From: Verrucomicrobiota bacterium
GTDB taxonomy: Bacteria > Verrucomicrobiota > Verrucomicrobiia > Limisphaerales > UBA11358
Direction: 5' to 3'
Length of the DNA stretch: 64,000 bases
NCBI GenBank assembly: GCA_049510295.1
Contig: JBEKZC010000016.1
Coordinates: 1,316 to 65,315, forward strand
Part shown: in pieces, positions 8,896 through 20,139 of the stretch
How positions within the stretch are numbered: the stretch's first letter is position 1
Layout of the letters: every line of letters starts with the position of its first letter
The notes under the pieces: generated by a model
Seen by the model: the letters and a program-made list of their open reading frames with translations, nothing else
Database searches by the model: none
What the model was told of the DNA's origin: nothing
Program-made: the position numbers and the translations under genes

Positions 8896-8971
8896 AAATT
8901 CCGAAGGACAAACAGCGCGGCGAATGTGCCCGCAATATAATCTTTATTTCACGCTGGCACCCGAAGCAAAC

Positions 8972-9220
8972 TCAACTCTCGATAACATCCAATTCGATGG
9001 GGTCAACTTTGACTCCTCGTTTTTGAAACCATTTTACGGCAGCAGCGATGATTTTTTGTTCGCCGGTAAGTTCAAGGGCGATGATGCCGACTTGCTCCGT
9101 GACGCTGGCATTGCGGACATTGAAGATTAAATCAAATGTTTTGCTCATCTCCCAAATTAACGGCCGTTTTGCACGGTCCGCTGGGAAGGTGAGCCAATAG
9201 CGTTTTGATTCTTTGGTCAT
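8972..9220 (-). CDS. NIL-domain (MetN C-terminal-like) small protein
   Basis: 82 aa. 'RYWLTFPADRAKRPLIWEMSKTFDLIFNVRNASV...GIIALELTG' fits the NIL-domain pattern. It is the last gene of the met/cys operon. Confidence 0.55.
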   Translation of the reverse strand: MTKESKRYWLTFPADRAKRPLIWEMSKTFDLIFNVRNASVTEQVGIIALELTGEQKIIAAAVKWFQKRGVKVDPIELDVIES

Positions 9221-9232
9221 ACGCGGTTCAAT

Positions 9233-9415
9233 TCAAAACGGTTTCGATGGGCAGATGATAACCAGCGCGGCGCGGTCTTTTACCGAGCCGCCGGGGTTCA
9301 TGAATTCGGCCCAGCCCAGAATTTCGCAGCCGGTCAGTTCGGACAGGTGGCGCAGCCGGATCAACGGGGTGTTCTCGACATGGCTATCAACTCCGTGATA
9401 ACGCGAGTCACTCAT
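9233..9415 (-). pseudogene. 5' fragment of a cysteine synthase/CBS-family gene (partial copy of 20403..21419)
   Basis: '[51 protein letters not shown]' parallels the N-terminus of the 20403..21419 protein and then ends after about 60 codons. The DNA of 9241-9400 visibly aligns with 21250-21400. Confidence 0.7.
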
Positions 9416-9419
9416 AATT

Positions 9420-11228
9420 TTACCTGGTGTTGCTTAATACAAAGATGGCAAGATCGGCGTCCTGGTTCGCATCTTCCGTGATTTCTGCGCCCGTCTCTGT
9501 GTTAAGCGCGATGCGCCGCCGAACGTGAAGTTCCTTTTCGCGACAGAACTCCTCGAAGTCCGTGATCGAAAGAAAGCGGATGTCCGCCGTGTCATACCAT
9601 TTATCCCGCAACCAGCCATAAGCGCGCGGCGCGCGGCCTTCCTCGGCGAGAATGCGGCGCAGCTTGTGAAATGCCAGATTGGGAAAACTGACGATGCACG
9701 TCGCTCCCACGCGAAGCATTTCGGCGATTACTCCTTCAACATCCTTAACCGCCTGCAAGGTCTGCGACAGCACCACGCAATCGAATTGCTTGTCGGCAAA
9801 CGTCTGCAAGCCTTCGTTGAGGTCGGCCTGGATGACATCCAGATTTCGCTGAAGCGCGCCCAAAATCTTTCGCTCATCCAGTTCGACGCCGACCAGACAC
9901 CCGCGCCCCTGATGCTTAAGCCGCGCGAGCAACCGGCCGGTGCCGCAGCCGAGATCCAACACGCTGGCATTTGGCGGAATCAATTCCACGATGCGGTCGT
10001 AGTCAAGCCGGCGCTCGTGAAAAATACTGGTGGGTCCGGGCAACTCATCCTTCGCGATGCCCGGAGCGTGCGGCGCGGGGGCGAGGTTGTGGATGAAGGA
10101 GCGAATCATTTCACCGTAACGATCAAAGTCGTCCGGCAACAGAAACGCGTCGTGACCACAATCGCTTTGGATGTTGCAGTAGGTCACGGCGGCGTTGTCA
10201 TGAATCAGCGCGTTGGCGATTTCGCGGGACTGATCGGGCGGAAACAGCCAGTCGCTGGAAAAACTCAACACCAGCCAGCGGCATCTGGCGGACCGGAAAT
10301 TTGCCGCCAGTTGGTCCGGCGTTCCGCCAAGATCAAACAAGTCCATCGCCAGCGACAGCGCGAGGTAACTGTTTGCGTCGAAGCGCTCCACGAACTTCGT
10401 TCCCTGATGGCCAAGATAGGAGCCAACGGAAAAAGTTTTCTCGAATTCAATCGCCTCCTCGCGCGGATGCAGCCGGTCGCCCTCGAATTTCTGGCTCATG
10501 GCCTCCGCTGAAAGATAGGTGATGTGGCCAATCATCCGCGCCAGCGCTAGGCCAACGGCAGGCCCGTGGGGTTTGTCGTAATACTGTCCGCCGTGATAAT
10601 GCGGATCGCGGCGAATGGCGTTTCGCCCCACCACATCAAACGCCAGCGCCTGGCTGGTCAGCCGTGGTGAACTGGCCAGCACCACCGCGCCACGCAAGCG
10701 GTCCGGGTGCCGGGTGGCCCAAGTCAGCACCTGATGTCCGCCAATGGAACCGCCAATGACTGCGACGAGCTGGTTGATGCCAAGCTTGTCGAGCAAACGG
10801 CGCTCAACTTCCACCATGTCGCCGATGGTGATGGTCGGGAAATCCGCGCCGAAAGGTTTGCCGGTCGCCGGATTGAGACTGCCCGGCCCGGTTGTGCCGC
10901 GACAGCCGCCGAGAAGATTCGGACAGACCACGAAAAAACGGTTCGTGTCCACGGGCTTGCCCGGCCCGACCAAAATGTCCCACCAGCCGGGATCGTCCGC
11001 GTCGTCATGGCGGGCGACATGGGAATCACCGCTGATGGCGTGGCAAATCAGAATCGCATTATCGCCGGCTTGGTTGAGCTTGCCGTAAGTTTCAAAAGCC
11101 ACGGTGACGCCGGGCAAGGTGCCGCCGGACTCCAAACCGAGCGGCTCGTCAAGCGTGACACTCTGCGCATGACGCAGAGGTTGCGCGGTGCGAATTGTGT
11201 CGCTGCTTTCAAAAATGTCCTTGGCCAT
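9420..11228 (-). CDS. metX: homoserine O-acetyltransferase MetX fused to MetW
   Basis: 602 aa. The N-terminal alpha/beta hydrolase part carries '[12 protein letters not shown]...GGSIGG'. The C-terminal roughly 200 aa carry a MetW-like '[12 protein letters not shown]' SAM-fold motif. Confidence 0.9.
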   Translation of the reverse strand: MAKDIFESSDTIRTAQPLRHAQSVTLDEPLGLESGGTLPGVTVAFETYGKLNQAGDNAILICHAISGDSHVARHDDADDPGWWDILVGPGKPVDTNRFFVVCPNLLGGCRGTTGPGSLNPATGKPFGADFPTITIGDMVEVERRLLDKLGINQLVAVIGGSIGGHQVLTWATRHPDRLRGAVVLASSPRLTSQALAFDVVGRNAIRRDPHYHGGQYYDKPHGPAVGLALARMIGHITYLSAEAMSQKFEGDRLHPREEAIEFEKTFSVGSYLGHQGTKFVERFDANSYLALSLAMDLFDLGGTPDQLAANFRSARCRWLVLSFSSDWLFPPDQSREIANALIHDNAAVTYCNIQSDCGHDAFLLPDDFDRYGEMIRSFIHNLAPAPHAPGIAKDELPGPTSIFHERRLDYDRIVELIPPNASVLDLGCGTGRLLARLKHQGRGCLVGVELDERKILGALQRNLDVIQADLNEGLQTFADKQFDCVVLSQTLQAVKDVEGVIAEMLRVGATCIVSFPNLAFHKLRRILAEEGRAPRAYGWLRDKWYDTADIRFLSITDFEEFCREKELHVRRRIALNTETGAEITEDANQDADLAIFVLSNTR

Positions 11229-11288
11229 TAGGCTTGGGCGAACAGACGCGGCACCGGCGGGTTTCCCGTTCCCGCCGGTGCGCGGAAC

Positions 11289-12716
<1,428 letters not shown>

Positions 12717-12748
12717 TTAAATGATTTTGTGAAATTGGTCGAATGCAA

Positions 12749-13729
12749 TTACGCACTTTGCGAAAACAGATTGCTGATGTCATCCGAATCGGTGTTCACG
12801 TCGGCGAACAGCCACGTGGAAAGGTAGCGTTCGGAAGACGACGGCACGATGGCGACGATGGTCTTGCCCTTGTTCTCCGGGCGTTTGGCCACTTGCAGTG
12901 CCGCCCAGACCGCCGCGCCGCTGGAAACGCCGATGGGAATGCCGTCGAGCTGGTTGACCTCCTTGGAAATCGGGCCGGAATCCGCCTCGTCCACCTTGAT
13001 GACTTCGTCCACGATTTTCGTGTTCAGGTTTGCCGGAATAAATCCCGCGCCGATGCCCTGCAATTTGTGCGGTCCAGGCGCGCCGCCCGAAATGACGGGC
13101 GACTTCACCGGCTCGACGGCAATCGCCTTGAAAGACGGCTTCAATTTCTTGATGACTTCTGCCACGCCGGTGATGGTGCCGCCGGTGCCGACGCCCGCGA
13201 CGACAAAATCCACCTTGCCGTCGGTGTCGCGCCAGATTTCCTCGGCGGTGGTTTTGCGATGGATTTCCGGGTTGGCCGGATTGGAGAATTGCTGGGGGAT
13301 GAAGCTGTTGGGAATCTGCTTGTTCAATTCCTCGGCCTTGGCAATGGCGCCTTTCATTCCTTTCGCGCCCTCGGTCAAAACGAGTTTTGCGCCGAGGATT
13401 TTCAGCAGCTTGCGGCGCTCGGTGCTCATCGTTTCGGGCATCGTCAGGATCAGCTTCAATCCCTTCGCCGCCGCAACAAATGCGAGCGCGATTCCAGTGT
13501 TGCCGCTGGTCGGCTCGATGATGACGGTGTCCGGTTTGATCTTCCCGGCCTTCACGCCGGCGTCAATCAGGGCGATGCCGATGCGGTCCTTGACGCTGGA
13601 GAGCGGGTTGAAGAATTCGAGTTTGAGCAGCACGTCGGCGAGAGCGCCGTGTTTTTTCGCCGTGCGGTTCAGCCGCACGAGCGGGGTGTTGCCGATGGTT
13701 TCAGTGATGTCGTTGTGGATGCGTGACAT
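12749..13729 (-). CDS. cysK: cysteine synthase A (O-acetylserine sulfhydrylase)
   Basis: 326 aa with '[11 protein letters not shown]', 'NPLSSVKDR', '[12 protein letters not shown]' and '[10 protein letters not shown]'. Confidence 0.9.
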   Translation of the reverse strand: MSRIHNDITETIGNTPLVRLNRTAKKHGALADVLLKLEFFNPLSSVKDRIGIALIDAGVKAGKIKPDTVIIEPTSGNTGIALAFVAAAKGLKLILTMPETMSTERRKLLKILGAKLVLTEGAKGMKGAIAKAEELNKQIPNSFIPQQFSNPANPEIHRKTTAEEIWRDTDGKVDFVVAGVGTGGTITGVAEVIKKLKPSFKAIAVEPVKSPVISGGAPGPHKLQGIGAGFIPANLNTKIVDEVIKVDEADSGPISKEVNQLDGIPIGVSSGAAVWAALQVAKRPENKGKTIVAIVPSSSERYLSTWLFADVNTDSDDISNLFSQSA

Positions 13730-13913
13730 AATTTAGGCGATTGGGTTTGATTGGTTTCGGCTTTTGTTTTCCAACATTTTTTGTGAAAAATTGTCCAGGT
13801 TCAGGTTTGGGCTGGAGGCGGACCGGCGGCGCGAAACGGTGCGCGCGGAGGAACCACCACGTTGCCGCAAAAGCGGGCGCCGGCGCCTCCCCCAGCCTTG
13901 ATCGTTTTGGCCT

Positions 13914-14933
13914 TTAGAATTCCCATTTGGTTGTGATGCCCCAGACGCCGTTGGCCTCGTCGTTCAACACGTTGCCGAAATGTCCGTAGCCCGCCGCGAG
14001 CGTCAGGTGTTTGTTGACAACGTAAGCCGCGTCAAGCGTCCACCAGTCACCTTCCTTCTGGACCAAACTGCCGATGGCCTGATAATTGCGCGGCTGTTGT
14101 TTGTATTCCGCCGCCAGCGCGAAATTGCCGGTGACGAACACCACCACGTTGCCTTCAAAGACAACCCGGTAACTGTCGGTGAACCCGCCCAAACCTTCCC
14201 AGACGCCCTCTGTCGCGCGTCCGCCAAGTTCGAGCAGCACCGGTCGCGGCAGTTGCGTGAACATTTTCGAGGCGTAGAACGTGTAATCCACGCCTTGCTG
14301 GCGCGAGAGGCCGGCGTTGCCCAGCAAGTCCGCACCCGCGTCTCTTTGGACTTCACTTCTGACCTCGCTGATGCCGTCGTTGTATTTGTAATGCACGCCG
14401 GCTGTCACCGCCGGAATCCATTTCTGGTCAAACTCGCCTTCCTTCAAAATCTGAAAGCGCGCGTTGAAGTTGTGCAGTTGCACCTCGTCCTGGTTGTAAT
14501 GAACCAGCCCCGCGTTTCGCAAAGCCAGCGGCAGGTTTCCCAAACCGAGGTGATCCCAGCCGTAGCCGAGTTCCAGACGGCTCAATGGCGATTCGGTAAG
14601 CGTCAACGCCTCGAGGTTTTTGTCGGCACCGAGGTTGACGTAGGCGAACCCGACGCTGGGACGCCCCACCGCCTCGCCGTTGCGCGGCGGGTTGACGATG
14701 TAAGCCGACAGCGTGGCGAAAATGCCGCCGTTGCCTTCAATCTGGTGGAGCGGAAGCGGCGGCCCCTTGTCGTCAGATTTGGCGGCAGTGGATTGCGCGG
14801 GCGGTGTGTTGGTTTGAGTTTGATCCGCATTCACGCTCCAACCCGCCGCGACCAAAAATGCGGCAAGCCAGGCGATGGAACGGTTTCGATGCTGTTTGTT
14901 ATGCTTTTCAACGACGTATCGGCCGGTTTTCAT
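13914..14933 (-). CDS. putative outer-membrane beta-barrel protein
   Basis: It has a signal-peptide-like N-terminus, alternating aromatic/glycine beta-strand texture and a C-terminal '...TKWEF' signature. Confidence 0.5.
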   Translation of the reverse strand: MKTGRYVVEKHNKQHRNRSIAWLAAFLVAAGWSVNADQTQTNTPPAQSTAAKSDDKGPPLPLHQIEGNGGIFATLSAYIVNPPRNGEAVGRPSVGFAYVNLGADKNLEALTLTESPLSRLELGYGWDHLGLGNLPLALRNAGLVHYNQDEVQLHNFNARFQILKEGEFDQKWIPAVTAGVHYKYNDGISEVRSEVQRDAGADLLGNAGLSRQQGVDYTFYASKMFTQLPRPVLLELGGRATEGVWEGLGGFTDSYRVVFEGNVVVFVTGNFALAAEYKQQPRNYQAIGSLVQKEGDWWTLDAAYVVNKHLTLAAGYGHFGNVLNDEANGVWGITTKWEF

Positions 14934-14960
14934 GTTTGTTCTTAATTAGTTCCCAACAAA

Positions 14961-14979
14961 CCTCCAGTAGTCCGGTCGG
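14961..14979 (-). promoter_or_regulatory. leader motif copy a (CYGACCGG-N3-ACYGGARG)
   Basis: The plus strand reads 'cctccagtagtccggtcgg', 27 nt upstream of the ATG at 14933. Confidence 0.45.
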
Positions 14980-15126
14980 TGTTGCTCGATTATTGTTGTT
15001 TTGTTCTTTGATCCAGTTCGTCTGGTGCTCAATCTTAATTCAAGTGGAGCGCCCACAGGTTTCAGCTAACACGCCGAAACAAATTTCAATTCTTGCGAAC
15101 TCGCCGCCACTGTTTCGCATTGGTTT

Positions 15127-15153
15127 AATATGCGACTTAAATGGTCGTATATT
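15127..15153. promoter_or_regulatory. candidate Rrf2-type operator palindrome
   Basis: 'AATATGCGAC-ttaaatg-GTCGTATATT' in the AT-rich region upstream of the operon that starts with the beta-barrel gene and runs through cysK, metY and metX. Confidence 0.4.
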
Positions 15154-15450
15154 CGTTTGATTTAACCGCAAGCTCTCTCCGTTTATTGGCAAATCATTTA
15201 CATTTCTTGCTACCGGTCAGAACGGTGTTATTTGAAATAAAATCGCTGTTTTGCCAATTCCTTCGGTCATCGGTTGTGGAGGCTGGCTGATAATGCCTGC
15301 TTTCACCTCGTCGGCGAGCAGAACGAAAATACTTCACCCACTAACTTGGTCGTGTAAAGAAGTGCTTCGCCGAAAACTGGTGAAATTTTTTCGTGCTCGA
15401 ATCAGACGATTCTGAAAGCTGAAGCTATTCCAATCGTGACCGGCACGATT

Positions 15451-16473
15451 TCAACCAATGGTCAGCGTGAACTTGCCGATGGTTCGTCCTGATTCGAGAC
15501 GCAGGTGAACAAGCGCTAGATTTTCCGCCGTCAATTGGCCAACGGTCTCCGTGTTTGTGGTGCGTAGAATCTTATTCTCCACAAGTTCCGCGACGCGGGT
15601 GAGCAGGCGATGCTGTTCAATCATGTCTGGCGTTTGAAATTTAGAGCGGGTGAACATGAATTCCCAAACGAACCCGGCACTCTTGTTTTTCAACAAACCC
15701 AAATTGAGCGGGTTCACATTTTCGACAATGGAACATATCCGCCCTTGCGGTTTGATGGCTTCGGCCATGCCGGCCCAATGCTGGTCGGTGTCGTTGAGGC
15801 AAAGAATGTAACCCACTCCACCGACACCCAAAGCTTTGAGTTGCGCGAGCAGAGGCTGGCGGTGATCAATCACATGATCCGCGCCCAGCGATCGGCACCA
15901 TTCAATGGATTCTTTCCGCGACGCCGTGGCGATGACCTTCAAACCCGCCACTCGTTTGGCAATTTGAATTGCGATTGAACCAACGCCGCCTGCGCCGCCG
16001 ATGATCAAAACGCTGCGATCGCGGTGTTCCGGCCTTTTTTCCGGCGTGATGTTCAATCGGTCAAACAAGGCTTCCCAGGCGGTGATGGCCGTGAGCGGCA
16101 ACGCGGCGGCCTCGGCAAACGAAACCGTGCGCGGTTTGATGGCGACGATGCGTTCGTCCACAATGTGAAATTCCGCGTTCGATCCGGAGCGCGTGATGTC
16201 GCCGGCATAAAAAACTTCATCGCCCGGCTTGAAAAGCAAAACCTCCGAACCAATGGCTTCGACAATCCCCGCCACATCCCAGCCGAGAATTTGGGGTTCA
16301 CGCGCAGCCGCACTGCGACGCTGCCGGACTTTGTAATCAACGGGATTAACCGAGACTGCCTTGACCCACACCAACAAATCGCGCGGGCCGGGCGCGGGTT
16401 TGGGCAGTTCAATCTCGACAAAACATTTTGGATCATCGAGCGGAAGTTTTTCAACAATGGCTATCGCTTTCAT
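15451..16473 (-). CDS. zinc-type alcohol dehydrogenase / quinone oxidoreductase family protein
   Basis: 340 aa in MDR family style with 'VLIIGGAGGVGSIAIQIAK'. Confidence 0.85.
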   Translation of the reverse strand: MKAIAIVEKLPLDDPKCFVEIELPKPAPGPRDLLVWVKAVSVNPVDYKVRQRRSAAAREPQILGWDVAGIVEAIGSEVLLFKPGDEVFYAGDITRSGSNAEFHIVDERIVAIKPRTVSFAEAAALPLTAITAWEALFDRLNITPEKRPEHRDRSVLIIGGAGGVGSIAIQIAKRVAGLKVIATASRKESIEWCRSLGADHVIDHRQPLLAQLKALGVGGVGYILCLNDTDQHWAGMAEAIKPQGRICSIVENVNPLNLGLLKNKSAGFVWEFMFTRSKFQTPDMIEQHRLLTRVAELVENKILRTTNTETVGQLTAENLALVHLRLESGRTIGKFTLTIG

Positions 16474-16565
16474 GGCTTTCTCGAATCAAGACGCCGCCGC
16501 CTATGCACAACACCGCACCGTTAGAGTCCTACGACAGCGAACTACAGACACGCTGCTTGTTTGGA

Positions 16566-16620
16566 AATTATCCTGCCGGTAACGGCCATCTCAATCAAGA
16601 GATTTGCGTTTGTTCCACGG
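16566..16620 (-). repeat. parental copy of the 56-nt repeat (the true 3' end of the rhodanese-DUF2892 gene)
   Basis: See 8840..8895. Confidence 0.75.
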
Positions 16621-17118
16621 CAGTTTGGCGATGAGCAAGCCCATCCCGCAGAAATCCGTGATGCCGGCGAAGATCAAACCCGCGCCAACGAAACCTGACA
16701 GCCAGATGAAGTTGAAATTCACGAACCGCGCGAGCAACACGCCGGTGAAAACAATCGCGCCTGCGGCGATGCGCACCTGTCGTTCGAGGCTGATGACTTT
16801 GACTGTGCCGCGCGTCACCGGCAGATTGGCTTCAATCCAAGCGAGCGTGCCGCCCTCGACGACGACTGGCTGCAAAAAACCTTCCTTTGCAAATTTGTCC
16901 GCCGCTTTCGTTGCACGCTGGCCGCTCCGGCACAACAGATAAACCGGTTGGTCCTTCTGAAGTAGCAGCGAACCCGGCTTCAATTCATCCAGCGGAACGC
17001 TTCGGGCCTGCGGAACGTGGACTTCCGCGAACTCGACCGGCGTGCGAACATCAATGACCGCTGATGCAGGTTGCGACGTGAGAATTTTTTGCAGTTCAGC
17101 AGGCGTGATTAATTTCAT
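16591..17118 (-). CDS. rhodanese-domain protein with a C-terminal DUF2892-like membrane domain (YgaP-like)
   Basis: 175 aa. The rhodanese active-site loop is 'LLCRSGQRA', and two C-terminal hydrophobic helices follow. Confidence 0.8.
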   Translation of the reverse strand: MKLITPAELQKILTSQPASAVIDVRTPVEFAEVHVPQARSVPLDELKPGSLLLQKDQPVYLLCRSGQRATKAADKFAKEGFLQPVVVEGGTLAWIEANLPVTRGTVKVISLERQVRIAAGAIVFTGVLLARFVNFNFIWLSGFVGAGLIFAGITDFCGMGLLIAKLPWNKRKSLD

Positions 17119-17132
17119 GTTCCGCCAGCTTA

Positions 17133-18863
17133 TCAGCTTCGCTTCAACGAACGCAATGCCAGCACCAGTGCATCCACCTCTTCGCGGGTGTTATAGAGTG
17201 CGAGTGACGGACGGACGCTGCTCTCCAGCCCGAAATGGCGGATGGCCGGTTGCGCGCAGTGATGCCCAGCGCGAACGGCGATGCCGTTTTTGTCCAGATG
17301 CCGGGCGATGCTTTCGTTGGGCACGCCGGGAATGACGAACGACAGCACGCTCGCCTTGCTGGCCGCCGTGCCGATGGGGCGCAGACCGGGAATCGTCGCC
17401 AGCGCCTGCGTCGCGTATTCGAGCAGCGCGTGTTCGTAGGCCGCAATCGCAGGAATGCCAACCTTGAACAAATAATCAATCGCCGCGCCCAGGCCCACGA
17501 CCCCGGCGATGTCGGGCGTTCCGGCCTCAAACTTTTCCGGCGCGTGTTGATAGTCGGTTTTCTCAAAGCGCACGTCCTTGATCATGTGGCCGCCGCCCTG
17601 CCACGGCGGCATCGCTTCGAGCAGCGGCGCTTTGCCGTAGAGCGCGCCGATGCCGGTCGGGCCAAAAATCTTGTGCGCCGAAAAAACAAAGAAGTCGGCG
17701 TCCAGCGCCGTGACGTTGACCGGGAGGTGCGGCGTGGATTGCGCGCCGTCCACGAGCACGGGCACGCCGCGCGCGTGGGCGAGGGCGATGATTTGCTCGA
17801 CAGGATTGATAGTGCCGAGCGAATTGGACACATGCGCGACGGAAACAAACTTGGTCTTGTCACCGAGCAGCTTGACGTATTCGTCCAGAATCAATTCGCC
17901 TCGGTCATTGATGGGAATCACGCGGAGCGTTGCGCCTACTTGTTCGGCGAGCAACTGCCACGGCACGATGTTCGCGTGATGCTCCAGTTCGGTGACGATG
18001 ATTTCGTCGCCGGCGCCGATATTTTTACGCCCGTAACTTTGCGCGACGAGGTTGATGGCCTCGGTGGTGCCGCGAACGAAAATGATTTCCTTGGCATCCG
18101 CCGCGCCGAGAAATTTGCGGACTTTTTCGCGACCAGCTTCAAATAATTCGGTCGAGCGCGCGGCCAGCGCGTGAGCGGCGCGATGGATGTTCGAATTGTC
18201 GCGGCTGTAGAATTGCGAGGTAGCATCAATCACCGCCTGCGGCTTGTGCGTCGTTGCCGCGTTGTCGAGCCAGATGAGCGGCTTGCCGTTGACGAGCTGA
18301 TGCAGCGCTGGAAAATCGCGGCGCACGCCATCGAGATCGAACTTCGGGACTGGTGCGGCGGTTTTCGGATAAGATTGGCAGGCGAGCGGCGACTTACCGG
18401 AAGCATTGCCGCCGCGCAAAAAATAATACTCCGGCGTGGCCAGCGATTCGGCGTCGGGAAAACCGAGCAGTGGATTTCCGTTCGCCGTTTTTGTGTCCGG
18501 CTGGTTGCCCTGCGGGCGGTAAGCGCCATTGCAACGCGGTTCGCCGAACGCGTAAGAGTCGCCCGAATCCGGCGCGTGACCGCCCGACTGAGTTTTCTCC
18601 GGTTCGGATAATTTTGGCGCGGCGGGCTGCGCACTCGGATGCACTGGCGGCACGGCGGAACTGGCATCCGCTGCGGAAATACCGGGTGGCTTGGCAACAT
18701 CGGGAATCTCCGATGGCACGGTGGGTATCGCGGCTGGCCGTGCGTCACGGCTGAATTCCGAAAATGCCTCGGCCACGAGTTTGGCGACAAGATCACTGTG
18801 CGCCAGTTCGCCCGCCGCCGGCTCGGCTGCCGGCACAGCCGCGCTATTTGGCGCTGTAGTCAT
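17133..18863 (-). CDS. cysteine desulfurase (SufS/CsdA class) with a long disordered N-terminal encapsulin cargo-loading domain
   Basis: 576 aa. The first roughly 190 aa are Pro/Ala-rich and include 'LVAKLVAEAFSEFS'; compare the LARLANEFFS motif of family 2A cargo. The C-terminal part is an aminotransferase class V domain with 'FSAHKIFGPTGIG' and 'RAGHHCAQP'. Confidence 0.85.
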   Translation of the reverse strand: MTTAPNSAAVPAAEPAAGELAHSDLVAKLVAEAFSEFSRDARPAAIPTVPSEIPDVAKPPGISAADASSAVPPVHPSAQPAAPKLSEPEKTQSGGHAPDSGDSYAFGEPRCNGAYRPQGNQPDTKTANGNPLLGFPDAESLATPEYYFLRGGNASGKSPLACQSYPKTAAPVPKFDLDGVRRDFPALHQLVNGKPLIWLDNAATTHKPQAVIDATSQFYSRDNSNIHRAAHALAARSTELFEAGREKVRKFLGAADAKEIIFVRGTTEAINLVAQSYGRKNIGAGDEIIVTELEHHANIVPWQLLAEQVGATLRVIPINDRGELILDEYVKLLGDKTKFVSVAHVSNSLGTINPVEQIIALAHARGVPVLVDGAQSTPHLPVNVTALDADFFVFSAHKIFGPTGIGALYGKAPLLEAMPPWQGGGHMIKDVRFEKTDYQHAPEKFEAGTPDIAGVVGLGAAIDYLFKVGIPAIAAYEHALLEYATQALATIPGLRPIGTAASKASVLSFVIPGVPNESIARHLDKNGIAVRAGHHCAQPAIRHFGLESSVRPSLALYNTREEVDALVLALRSLKRS

Positions 18864-19800
18864 AGTAATTGTTCACCACGACATTGTCCAAACGGGCGAT
18901 GGCGTCGGTAGTCAGCACGCTGGCCGAGAAGTAGCGCGTGACGAGATGCGACGCGATGGAATGTTCGTTCGTGCCCATGTAGCGAACGGACAAGCCGGGT
19001 TCTACTTCGCCGGTGACGCCGGTTTTTTGGAGGCCGACCACGCCCTGTTCCGCTTCGCCGACGCGCAGGAGCAGAACACTCGTGGAATTGTTTTTCACGT
19101 CCAGCTTGTTGCTCGGAATCAACGGCACACCGCGCCAGGTGATGAAGGGCGTTCCGAAAAGATGAACCGTTGGCGGCGGCACACCCCGGCGCGTGGCTTC
19201 GCGCCCAAAAGCAGCAATCGCTTTGGGGTGCGCGAGGAAGAAGGCGGGCTTTTTCCAGACCAGAGCGAGGAGTTCATCGAGGTCGTCCGGCGTCGGCGAA
19301 CCTTTGCGAGTCTTGATCGTTTGCGCCGCGTCCACTTCCTTGAGCAGACCGAAGTCGGGATTGTTGATGAGCTCCCACTCCTCGCGTTCCTTGACGGATT
19401 CGACGGTAAGCCGAATCTGTTCGCGGAGCTGGTCAATCTTGTTGCTGTAAAGATCGGTCACGCGCGTGTGCGTGCGGAGGACCGTCTGGATGGTGCTCAA
19501 ATGATACTCACGCGGGTCCTGGTCGTAATCCACGAAGGTCGTCGGCAATTTCGGTTCGCCGCCGTCCACGGTGAGCAGGTCCACCTTGGCTTCGCCGAAT
19601 TCATTCGCGGGTTTTCCCTTCGCCGCCTTGGCGACGCGGTTGACGCGATAAACGCCGCCATCCACGTCCACCCACGGCAGCAATTTGTGCAGCCAGCGCG
19701 GAGTGATTTCCGTGTATTGCGGAACGGTGACAGTTGCGGTGGCGAGGTTGCGGGCCGCGGCGGCACTCAAGCTCAAGTGGATTTCGTTTTCTTTGCTCAT
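18844..19800 (-). CDS. family 2A encapsulin shell protein (SrpI-like, HK97 fold)
   Basis: 318 aa. 'ITPRWLHKLLPWVDVDGGVYRVNRV', 'PREYHLSTIQTVLRTHTRVTDLY', 'AFFLAHPKAIAAFGREATRRGVPPPTVHLFGTPFITWRGVPLIPS' and 'EQGVVGL' match what I remember of the Synechococcus SrpI sequence. No cNMP-binding domain is present, so it is family 2A. It overlaps the cargo gene by 20 nt. Confidence 0.88.
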   Translation of the reverse strand: MSKENEIHLSLSAAAARNLATATVTVPQYTEITPRWLHKLLPWVDVDGGVYRVNRVAKAAKGKPANEFGEAKVDLLTVDGGEPKLPTTFVDYDQDPREYHLSTIQTVLRTHTRVTDLYSNKIDQLREQIRLTVESVKEREEWELINNPDFGLLKEVDAAQTIKTRKGSPTPDDLDELLALVWKKPAFFLAHPKAIAAFGREATRRGVPPPTVHLFGTPFITWRGVPLIPSNKLDVKNNSTSVLLLRVGEAEQGVVGLQKTGVTGEVEPGLSVRYMGTNEHSIASHLVTRYFSASVLTTDAIARLDNVVVNNYYDYSAK

Positions 19801-19902
19801 AATTTAGTTTGGTTGTTGGTGAATGGAAAAATCAACGTGGATTGTGTTACGGAAAAATGGGGGGGCCGCTTCGCGCGTGAAAACGCCGAAGCGACAGACC
19901 GG

Positions 19903-19965
19903 CTAAAACTTCCGGTCGCGCCGGAATCTGGACACAATTCGACATGAATACACTTTCAGTTTCAT
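19903..19965 (-). CDS. candidate leader peptide uORF MKLKVYSCRIVSRFRRDRKF
   Basis: The ATG lies exactly 5 nt after the GGAGG of motif copy b. Translated by hand: 20 codons plus TAG. It has Lys4 and a single Cys at codon 8. Confidence 0.35.
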   Translation of the reverse strand: MKLKVYSCRIVSRFRRDRKF

Positions 19966-19970
19966 GGGAG

Positions 19971-19989
19971 CCTCCAGTTGACCGGTCAG
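19971..19989 (-). promoter_or_regulatory. leader motif copy b
   Basis: The plus strand reads 'cctccagttgaccggtcag'. Confidence 0.45.
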
Positions 19990-20139
19990 CGCCGTGAGAT
20001 TTCGATCAGGTTTCAGGGTGGCGTTGTCGCCCAAACTAGATATTAGGCGGAGTTTCCAACGTCAGCAAATGTTTTTTTGAAAATTAGAATCGGCGGGGGC
20101 AGTCTGTTTTTGCCTGACTCCCCCAATCGCGTGGATTAA

